A DNA stretch of 64,000 nt. Source: Bacilli bacterium (GTDB taxonomy: Bacteria > Bacillota_I > Bacilli_A > RF39 > UBA660). Where the stretch lies: NCBI GenBank assembly GCA_017459965.1, contig JAFUBW010000014.1, positions 5,442-69,441 of the forward strand. The letters are read 5' to 3'. A program made the position numbers and the translations under genes. Below the pieces are notes generated by a model. It saw nothing but the letters and a program-made list of their open reading frames with translations. It made no database searches and was not told where the DNA came from. Below are positions 19,444 to 26,729 of the stretch, piece by piece (the stretch's first letter is position 1; every line of letters begins with the position of its first letter).

Positions 19444-20565
19444 TTATACATTAAAAGTTATTTTATTTATTGAATTTACAACATCTATAAGTCTACTTTT
19501 ATACATGTGTGCATAGGTATTTAATGTCTCATCGATTTTAGAATGACCTAAATATTCTGCAACTACTGTTATATTTGCACCATTGTTAATTAATAGAGAT
19601 GCACATGAATGTCTAAAATCATGAACTCTAATACAATGTAATCCAGCTTCTTTTGCGATTTTATTCTTTCTATCTCGTATTTTAAAATTAGTAATAGGTT
19701 GATCTGTCCCAAATACAAACCATTTTTTATTAAAACCATAATATTTTGTATTTTCTTCAAATAATTGTTTTAAATGATTAATTAATATATCAGGTATTGG
19801 AAGTGTTCTAATACTTTTTTTAGTCTTTGGAGTAGTTAGATTATATGACTTAGAACCTTCACCACCTATAGATACGACATTTTTATTAATTCTAACTATT
19901 TTATTTTTAAAATCAATATCATTCCAAGTTAGACCTCTTAATTCACCTTTACGAAGTCCATCATAATATAGTGTTTCAAATAAACATATATATTTAATAT
20001 CTTTTTCTTTACTTATGAATTGTTGAAATTCATCAAAAGTATAAATTTCCATATCTTCTTCAATTTCATTAGGATTTTTAAAAGTTTCCATTTGCATATA
20101 AAACATATTGATTTCAAATCCATATCTTTTTATACCCCAATTAAGTACACTTTTAATAAATTTTTGAATATCATTTTTATAACTAGTTTTAATATCTAGT
20201 TTATTTATTTCTTTTCTCCAAATTTCATAATGCTTGTAAGTTAAATCTTTTACTTTAATTTTATCAAATATTTTCATATATCTAATTCTATCTTTATAAG
20301 TCTTTAAAGTAGTTTGTTTAACTTTATCTTCTTGATATTCGTAATATTGTGTATACAATTCTTTAAATGTCATATTTTTACAATCAATATAATTATTTGA
20401 ACTACTAACAAAATCTCTTTCAGCAATAAGAGCTTCTTTTTTAGTAAAGTATGCTTTAGATGTATATTTAGTTCTAGTTCCATTTAATGATGGAATCCAT
20501 TGATAAAAAATCCATTTTCTACCATCTTTAGTCCATCTATTTTGTGGTAATAGTTTTGTTGCCAT
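19444..20565 (-). CDS. int: Tyrosine-type site-specific integrase
   Basis: Start placed at MATKLL after GGAGG. The C-terminal catalytic region has LRKGELRGLTW (Arg), HDFRHSCASLL (H-x-x-R) and GHSKIDETLNTYAH (the Tyr region). Confidence 0.9.
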   Translation of the reverse strand: MATKLLPQNRWTKDGRKWIFYQWIPSLNGTRTKYTSKAYFTKKEALIAERDFVSSSNNYIDCKNMTFKELYTQYYEYQEDKVKQTTLKTYKDRIRYMKIFDKIKVKDLTYKHYEIWRKEINKLDIKTSYKNDIQKFIKSVLNWGIKRYGFEINMFYMQMETFKNPNEIEEDMEIYTFDEFQQFISKEKDIKYICLFETLYYDGLRKGELRGLTWNDIDFKNKIVRINKNVVSIGGEGSKSYNLTTPKTKKSIRTLPIPDILINHLKQLFEENTKYYGFNKKWFVFGTDQPITNFKIRDRKNKIAKEAGLHCIRVHDFRHSCASLLINNGANITVVAEYLGHSKIDETLNTYAHMYKSRLIDVVNSINKITFNV

Positions 20566-20684
20566 TTTACCTCCTTTTCTTACAAAACAATCACTCACTC
20601 CTAAATCTATTTTAACACGAAATTTAGACCGTTTAAATATAAAATTAGAAGTGATATGAATATTTTATTTAATATATTTTTTTG

Positions 20685-20753
20685 TGGGGTATGGGTCCTC
20701 CTATACAGCGAATTTTTAATGCTAGGAGTAAAAATTCAGAGCTGGCTAGGACA
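20685..20753 (-). repeat. 68-nt two-hairpin element, copy 1 (inverted relative to copies 2 and 3)
   Basis: The reverse complement reads atgtcctagccagctctgaatttttactcctagcattaaaaattcgctgtataggaggacccatacccc. It starts at the stop codon of the RepA-like gene. Confidence 0.8.
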
Positions 20754-21705
20754 TGATATCTTCGAATTCTATATTAGGTTCTTCATATAAAAAGTGATAT
20801 AATCTTTCATTACTTTTTCTATGATACTCAATTTTTAATCCTTCTTTTTCTAATTCCTTAATGTATTTATGAATTAATGTTCCATATACTGATGGAAGTA
20901 TAGGTTTATTATATTTGTTAGCAAGTTCAGTAGCAGTTATTGTAATATCTTTATGTTTAGAACAATAATTTACTAAAAATATTAATGCTTCAGGCATAGT
21001 ACTTTCATTTAATTCATTTGTAATATTTAAAATACAATTATCATCTTTTTTTAAATGAAACTCCTTACTTTCATAATCTCTATTTGTAATATTCAATTTA
21101 TAATATTTACTATTATTTTCAGATTGTTCTAATTTTAATATTCCATCAACCGATCCATCTAATGCTGTACTACCTAATGATTTACCTTTTTTGTTTAAAT
21201 GATGTAAAAATAGAATTGATATATTATACACATTACACAAATATCTAAGTTTTGGTAAAACATATTGACCAACATCTTGATAACTATTAATATCGTATTC
21301 AGTATCAAATTCAATATCTTTTAACATATCAACAATTACTAATTTACCATCTTGATTTCTAGCAAAATCACTAATATCTACTTCTAAATCTTTTAAAAAA
21401 AAATTAGAATATTCATTTCTATCAATATACTGAAAATCATTATCTTTAAATTTTATATTCATCATATTTATTCTTTCTAATAATTGATTACCAGAACTTT
21501 CAGTACTTATATATAAAATAGGTGAGTGATTTGTATTACATTCTAAAAAAGGTTTATTATTAGCAATACAATCTGAAATTTGAAGTGCTAACATAGATTT
21601 ACCAACTTTTGGATATGCAATTAAGCAGTATAATCCATTAGTTCTCATAATTTCATCAATAATATAATCTTTCTTTATGTATTTTATTTCATTTATAGAT
21701 TTCAT
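20746..21705 (-). CDS. RecA-fold AAA ATPase, RepA/AAA_25-like (island replication or primase-helicase-type protein)
   Basis: Walker A (AYPKVGKS) and Walker B-like (LVIVDMLKD), then LFLHHLNKKG, typical of RepA-like/AAA_25 proteins. A likely wHTH lies at the C-terminus. It is translationally coupled to the upstream small gene. Confidence 0.65.
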   Translation of the reverse strand: MKSINEIKYIKKDYIIDEIMRTNGLYCLIAYPKVGKSMLALQISDCIANNKPFLECNTNHSPILYISTESSGNQLLERINMMNIKFKDNDFQYIDRNEYSNFFLKDLEVDISDFARNQDGKLVIVDMLKDIEFDTEYDINSYQDVGQYVLPKLRYLCNVYNISILFLHHLNKKGKSLGSTALDGSVDGILKLEQSENNSKYYKLNITNRDYESKEFHLKKDDNCILNITNELNESTMPEALIFLVNYCSKHKDITITATELANKYNKPILPSVYGTLIHKYIKELEKEGLKIEYHRKSNERLYHFLYEEPNIEFEDIMS

Positions 21706-21706
21706 T

Positions 21707-21943
21707 TTATACTCCTTTCTTTATTCTTGATTCTAAATAATTAATATCTATATTAAGATACTTTATAACTTCATTCATTGGAATATGATGATTTGGAAGT
21801 TTATATCCTTTTTCTATTAAATTATTTCTAATTTCTTTTTTAATTTTTAATGCATTATTTCTTCCTATTTCACCTAATTTCATTAAATCTTCTAAATTAC
21901 ACCATTGTTTTGAAATTAATTTTAATGTTTCTTCAGCAGTCAT
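21707..21943 (-). CDS. DUF3173-like small DNA-binding protein (candidate excisionase or regulator)
   Basis: Start placed at MTAEE after AAGGAAAGGA. LEDLMKLGEIGRNNALKIKKEIRNNLIEKGYKLPNHHIPMNEVIKYL resembles the DUF3173 pattern found next to integrases in Firmicutes IMEs. Confidence 0.5.
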   Translation of the reverse strand: MTAEETLKLISKQWCNLEDLMKLGEIGRNNALKIKKEIRNNLIEKGYKLPNHHIPMNEVIKYLNIDINYLESRIKKGV

Positions 21944-21987
21944 ATCTTTCACATCCTTTCCTTTAAATTTTTTGAAAGATTTTTTGT

Positions 21988-22113
21988 CCTTCAATTGTTT
22001 GTACAAAAATCAGTAAAAAGTTAAGTCTATTTTTAAAACTTTTTAAATTTTTTTATAAAAAAATTAAATCTCCTTCAATTATTTGTACCGAAATTGGCAA
22101 AAAGTATAGTCTA
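21988..22113. repeat. Two ~42-nt direct repeats (iteron/operator-like) upstream of the DUF3173-RepA operon
   Basis: tccttcaattgtttgtacaaaaatcagtaaaaagttaagtcta (21988-22029) compared with tccttcaattatttgtaccgaaattggcaaaaagtatagtcta (22071-22113). They are spaced about 83 nt apart. Confidence 0.7.
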
Positions 22114-22244
22114 AAATCATATTTTAAATTCTTTTAATTTATAAAAATATAATTATGACATCAATGACACCATTAATTACTAGGGTATTATTGTAAAAAA
22201 AATAATATGATTTTCTCATATTATTAATTATTAAATTATTTTTT

Positions 22245-22312
22245 ATGTCCTAGCCAGCTCTGAATTTTTACTCCTGACACTAAAAATTCGCTGTATGGGA
22301 GACCCCATGCCC
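22245..22312 (+). repeat. 68-nt two-hairpin element, copy 2
   Basis: atgtcctagccagctctgaatttttactcctgacactaaaaattcgctgtatgggagaccccatgccc. It is the inverted partner of copy 1, and together they bracket 1.6 kb. Confidence 0.8.
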
Positions 22313-22528
22313 TAAAATAATAAATAGGGGTGGTAAACTACTGTCATGATGTCATAAAAATGTATTAATTAAAACTTCTTACTAATTACTTTCTGAAAAT
22401 AGAATCATTATTATATAGTTTTTATAAATAAAATAAAGTTGTTATACAATAAATAGTATTGTAGAGTAATTTAGTATATTATATATTTTATGTATGTGAT
22501 ATAATGTATATAGAGTAGGTGTTTTAGT

Positions 22529-23512
22529 ATGAAGATTAATAAAAATATTATTTTGTATTTATTATTATTTATTTTATTTATAATTCCAATAAATGTATTT
22601 GCAACAGGTGGTGGATTGAGAAAAAGTAGCATAAAAACATGTCCAAATGGAATAACTTATGGTTTACATAGTGATGGAAATGGAGGTACACATTGGCATG
22701 TTGCTGCAACTAATGGTAATGGATATTTTGCAAAAGGAGATGCAATATATTCTGATCCATGCCCTGGTCATAATACAAATCAGGGAACTGCAGGGCAAAC
22801 TAGTGGATCGAATAATTATAACAATTCTATGAAAAATGATTCGACTAACAATGTAAATAAAGAAGTAGTTAAAAGTAGTGATGTAAGTATCAAAAGTATT
22901 AAAATAGAAGATGATATAATTACTAATATTTCTGATGTTATGGAATACGAAGTGACTAAAAAATCAATAAGTATATATGTTGTTCTAAATGATATAAAAT
23001 CTAAATATGAAATAGAAGGAAATACTGATAATTTATCTAAAACAGGTATTAATAAAGTAAAAATAAAAGTAACTGCAGAAAATGATAACGAAAAAACATA
23101 TGAATTAAATATAAAAAGAAAAGTTATTGAATCTAATGTTGTAATAAATGAATTCAAGGTTAATGATAGTGTAATTGAATTTGAAAATAAAAAAGGAAGT
23201 ACATTTGTGTTTTATTGGACAAAAAAATTTGATTATGATTATATATTAAGTGATTCAAAATCAACTTTAAAATTATTTAATAATGGTAAGGAAATTAAAA
23301 ATACAAATTTAAAAGTTGGATATAACAAGTATGAACTAGTAATAATAGATGAAGATGGAAATGAAAATGATTATAAATTGGAAATTCAAAGAATATCCAT
23401 TATAGGATCTATAATATTGACAATTTTATCAATAGGATTCTTTGCATTAATTGCCATTGCAATAGTTATGCTATTAAAATATAAAAAAAAGAAAAATAGT
23501 AGAAAATATTGA
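22529..23512 (+). CDS. Surface protein: signal peptide, His/Cys-containing N-terminal module, cadherin-like beta-sandwich repeats, C-terminal TM anchor
   Basis: Signal peptide ends INVFA-TGG. GGTHWHVA and CPGHN motifs follow. Segments such as IKVTAENDNEKTYELNIKRK and the similar YELVIIDEDGNENDYKLEIQR match the clostridial cadherin-like domain pattern. The C-terminus is a hydrophobic helix plus KKKKN. Confidence 0.6.
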   Translation: MKINKNIILYLLLFILFIIPINVFATGGGLRKSSIKTCPNGITYGLHSDGNGGTHWHVAATNGNGYFAKGDAIYSDPCPGHNTNQGTAGQTSGSNNYNNSMKNDSTNNVNKEVVKSSDVSIKSIKIEDDIITNISDVMEYEVTKKSISIYVVLNDIKSKYEIEGNTDNLSKTGINKVKIKVTAENDNEKTYELNIKRKVIESNVVINEFKVNDSVIEFENKKGSTFVFYWTKKFDYDYILSDSKSTLKLFNNGKEIKNTNLKVGYNKYELVIIDEDGNENDYKLEIQRISIIGSIILTILSIGFFALIAIAIVMLLKYKKKKNSRKY

Positions 23513-23536
23513 CAAATTTTGGAAAAAATATATAAT
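23509..23536 (+). promoter_or_regulatory. Promoter of the RiPP-like operon
   Basis: TTGACA (23509-23514), a 16-nt spacer, then TATAAT (23531-23536). Confidence 0.55.
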
Positions 23537-23653
23537 AATTTACAAATTGTATAGGTATAATATGCTCTAAAGATAATACGTAATAATTTTTATAGTATAC
23601 AATGATATAAAATCAGTAATGATTTTATATAAATAAGAAAGGGAGGGAAGGCT

Positions 23654-23740
23654 ATGAAAAAAATTAATCCTACTATAACAATAGTAGAAGTTAAGAAAAA
23701 TGAAACTTGCATGGCAGTTGGTGTTTGTCACTGTAACTAA
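23654..23740 (+). CDS. Candidate RiPP precursor peptide (28 aa): MKKINPTITIVEVKKNETCMAVGVCHCN
   Basis: Not in the ORF track because it is too short. It has a strong SD (GGGAGGGAAGG) 3 nt before the ATG. A Lys/Ile-rich putative leader is followed by a 10-residue C-terminus with 3 Cys. It lies 76 nt upstream of a radical SAM/SPASM gene. Confidence 0.6.
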   Translation: MKKINPTITIVEVKKNETCMAVGVCHCN

Positions 23741-23760
23741 TATGCATCCTACTTTTCTAG

Positions 23761-23789
23761 TGCATTGGCTTTAATGCCAATGCATTTTT
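23761..23789 (+). terminator. Hairpin plus T5 after the precursor ORF (likely partial terminator/attenuator)
   Basis: tgcattggc / gccaatgca 9-bp stem, 6-nt loop, TTTTT. It sits between the precursor and the first enzyme gene. Confidence 0.5.
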
Positions 23790-23816
23790 AAAATAAAGAT
23801 TAAGTGAGGGGATAAA

Positions 23817-25028
23817 ATGAGAGTATATATAAACGATTCATTAGTTATTGTAAATAATAAATTTGAAAATAATATATTTGCCTATGACAGATTAAATAGA
23901 ATTCAATATAATATAAATTCTGACACATTTGATGTTTTAGAAGATATAAAAAATAATGAGTATAAAGAGGAAGATTTATTAAAAATATATGATTCTTCGT
24001 TTATAAATCAACTTTTTGATATGGGTATTTTAACAACTAAAAAACAAAAAAATATCAATAATGTAAAAAGATTAGAAAAATATAATAATGCAAGAATTTT
24101 TGCTGAAATAACAAATAAGTGCAATTTAAAATGTAAACATTGTTATGGAAGTTTCTCATATAATAATTCTACAATACTTGACATTGATATTATGAAAAAA
24201 ATAATTGATAATGCATCATTAAATGGAGTGTATCAATTTGATCTTACCGGTGGGGAACCTTTACTTTATCCATATTTTGAAGAGTTATTACAGTATTTAT
24301 ATGAGTCGGGGATGTTAGTTAGAATTTTTTCTAATTTAACAGTGTATAATGATAATTATAAAAATATGATATTAAAATATGGTGTTAAAGATATTGTAAC
24401 AAGTATAGATTCATGCGATAAAAGAGCACACGAAGAATTTAGAGGACAGATTGGCTGCTTTGATAAAACTATTAATGCAATAAATGATCTAAAAAGTAAT
24501 AATGTAACAGTATCAGTTAATACAATGATAGGTGAGCATAATAAGAATGATATTGATGATTTAGTTAAATTTATTGATAGTTTAAAAGTTAGAAGTGTAT
24601 TAGATGTAATTGTTCCTGAAGGAAGAGCCAAAAATCTAAATGAAAATGTTGTAGAATCTGCAAAGATTATTAAGAATATATATGATAAATATTTAAATAT
24701 AATAGATAAATCTGCCGTTACAGTATATTGTGGAATTGGTGATAGATTTATTTATATAAAATCAGATGGTAATATTTATATTTGCCCAAGTTTAATATAT
24801 GATCAATATAAAATTGGTAATATTAATTCATTTGATGTAAAGAAAATTTGGAAAGCAATGAATTCAAAATTTAAGAATTTGAATTGTAAATACAGAAATG
24901 AAAAATGTGGTAAATGTAGTGGGGGATGTAGGGCAAGAGCACTACAATTAAATGGTAGCATAGAAGCAAGAGATGATGTTTATTGCATATTAAATGAAGT
25001 AGGTGATTATATATGCGAAAATATTTAG
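23817..25028 (+). CDS. Radical SAM enzyme with an N-terminal RRE-like (PqqD-like) region and a C-terminal SPASM domain
   Basis: CNLKCKHC (CxxxCxxC) and GGEPLL motifs. The C-terminus has CGIGDRFIYIKSDGNIYIC (C-x12-G-x4-C), then CKYRNEKCGKCSGGC and a final Cys, which is SPASM-like. The first ~85 aa precede the radical SAM core. Confidence 0.8.
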   Translation: MRVYINDSLVIVNNKFENNIFAYDRLNRIQYNINSDTFDVLEDIKNNEYKEEDLLKIYDSSFINQLFDMGILTTKKQKNINNVKRLEKYNNARIFAEITNKCNLKCKHCYGSFSYNNSTILDIDIMKKIIDNASLNGVYQFDLTGGEPLLYPYFEELLQYLYESGMLVRIFSNLTVYNDNYKNMILKYGVKDIVTSIDSCDKRAHEEFRGQIGCFDKTINAINDLKSNNVTVSVNTMIGEHNKNDIDDLVKFIDSLKVRSVLDVIVPEGRAKNLNENVVESAKIIKNIYDKYLNIIDKSAVTVYCGIGDRFIYIKSDGNIYICPSLIYDQYKIGNINSFDVKKIWKAMNSKFKNLNCKYRNEKCGKCSGGCRARALQLNGSIEARDDVYCILNEVGDYICENI

Positions 25029-25831
25029 ATATGGAAAATGCTACTTTAGAAGTACAATTTAAAAATATAAAAGATTATAGTATTTTATTAGATAATAATT
25101 CTAATGAAATTATATTACAAAATTTTAAAAGAGTTATATTTCACATTGATGAAAAATATATTAAAGAGTTATATGATATATTAAAAGAAAAATTTGAAAA
25201 TGAAAATATCTTAGCAATGATTTATTCAAATATTACTAAAATTCCAAAATATGATGTTATTGATAATATTATTTTTGTTAATACTAATGAATCAAATATA
25301 ATTAAAAGTGATAATATATTTAATTTAATATCATTAAAAGATGATAATGTTAAAAAAGTTGCAGATATAATTAAAGATGATTCTAATATAATGATTAATC
25401 CTATCATAGATGTTAATAATATTTCAAAATTTTTTGAAACATTTAATGAATTAACAGAATTAATAGATGGGAAAAGAATCAATTTAAATGGTTATATTAT
25501 TCCAAGCTTTTTGATGAGAGAACATCCATGTAATGCATATTTATGCGATGGATGTCATTGTAAAAAAGAAATAAGTTGTTTGCCCAAATATATAACAATT
25601 AATAGTGATTTTGAAGTATATCCTCATGATTTATTTTATAATAAATTAAGAATCGGTAATATTAATAACAAAAAAATAACTGATGTATTAGAAAAATATT
25701 ATAGCTCAGATTCTTACAATGAATTTATTAAGTATAGTAAAAAAGTATTTATAAAATATTTATCTCACTATCCTTATCAATATATGCCTATTGTTGAATA
25801 TATTAGAATGGAGATAGAAAATGATAAATAA
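25013..25831 (+). CDS. Cys-rich SPASM/twitch-like accessory protein with no radical SAM core
   Basis: Overlaps both neighbours. It has a CNAYLCDGCHCKKEISC cluster followed by INSDFEVYPHD...LRIGNINNKKITDVLEKY, which resembles the SPASM beta-hairpin/GN-I region. No CxxxCxxC motif. The start could be 25013 or 25031. Confidence 0.5.
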   Translation: MRKYLDMENATLEVQFKNIKDYSILLDNNSNEIILQNFKRVIFHIDEKYIKELYDILKEKFENENILAMIYSNITKIPKYDVIDNIIFVNTNESNIIKSDNIFNLISLKDDNVKKVADIIKDDSNIMINPIIDVNNISKFFETFNELTELIDGKRINLNGYIIPSFLMREHPCNAYLCDGCHCKKEISCLPKYITINSDFEVYPHDLFYNKLRIGNINNKKITDVLEKYYSSDSYNEFIKYSKKVFIKYLSHYPYQYMPIVEYIRMEIENDK

Positions 25832-26729
25832 AGCAAATATTATACTAACTCATAATTGCAATTTAAGCTGTAAGCACTGTTACTTAGATGCTAAAAGTAG
25901 TAAAGAAGATTTTAAAGAAAATTATGAATTGGTAAAGGAATTAATTGACCAATTAAAAAAAGATAACATAAATAATGTAATGTTTACTGGTGGAGAATGT
26001 ATGACTTTTCCTTATTTAAAAGAACTGATTAAGTATGCAAAAGAATTAAATATGAAAGTATCTATATTCACAAATGGAATGATGTTTGATAAAGAAATAT
26101 TTGATATGATAGATTATATTAATATTAGTGTGGATGGGGATAAGAATATACATAATTTTATTAGACAAAATAAAAATTCTTATGATAATATTATAAGTCT
26201 TTTAGATTACCTAAAACAAATAGATAAAAATACTACAATACAGTATACTATTAATAATTTAAATATTGATAAATTAGATTCACTTATTGATTTAGCGTTA
26301 AATCATCTCAATATAAGAACTGTTCGATTAGTTTTTGTTTCAAATATTGGTAGAGCTAGGAAGAATAATATTTATTGTAATAAAGATGATATAGAAAAAA
26401 CGTATAAAAAACTTGATGAATTGTACTTAAAAACAAAATATCATATTCAATTTGTGCCAAATTTAGTAAAGAAATATGATTTTGAAAATTACTATTTGTC
26501 TGGAGATTTAGGATTTCCATTATGGTTTGATATACCATCTAATAAATACTATGTATTATCTGAAAAAGTGTCAAAGAGTAAAAAAATTTCAGAATATAAG
26601 AAGAGGGATGTTGAAGAAGAATCTAATCATTTCTTGGAAACATTAAAAAACAATAAAGAAAAAATAATAAAACAAGAATATATTGATGTAGAATATGAAA
26701 TAGAAAAATTAGTTAAGGGGGAAAAATAA
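25821..26729 (+). CDS. Radical SAM core protein (no C-terminal Cys-rich domain)
   Basis: CNLSCKHC (CxxxCxxC) at residues 12-19, then FTGGEC and IFTNG motifs. The C-terminal 150 aa lack Cys. Confidence 0.75.
   Translation: MINKANIILTHNCNLSCKHCYLDAKSSKEDFKENYELVKELIDQLKKDNINNVMFTGGECMTFPYLKELIKYAKELNMKVSIFTNGMMFDKEIFDMIDYINISVDGDKNIHNFIRQNKNSYDNIISLLDYLKQIDKNTTIQYTINNLNIDKLDSLIDLALNHLNIRTVRLVFVSNIGRARKNNIYCNKDDIEKTYKKLDELYLKTKYHIQFVPNLVKKYDFENYYLSGDLGFPLWFDIPSNKYYVLSEKVSKSKKISEYKKRDVEEESNHFLETLKNNKEKIIKQEYIDVEYEIEKLVKGEK

Noticed and set aside
21944-22006. The TTG start at 22006 given in the track for the DUF3173-like gene (the 99-aa version).
   Set aside because: The N-terminal 21 codons overlap the first 42-nt repeat and lack an RBS. 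The internal ATG at 21943 is preceded by AAGGAAAGGA, so the shorter CDS was preferred.
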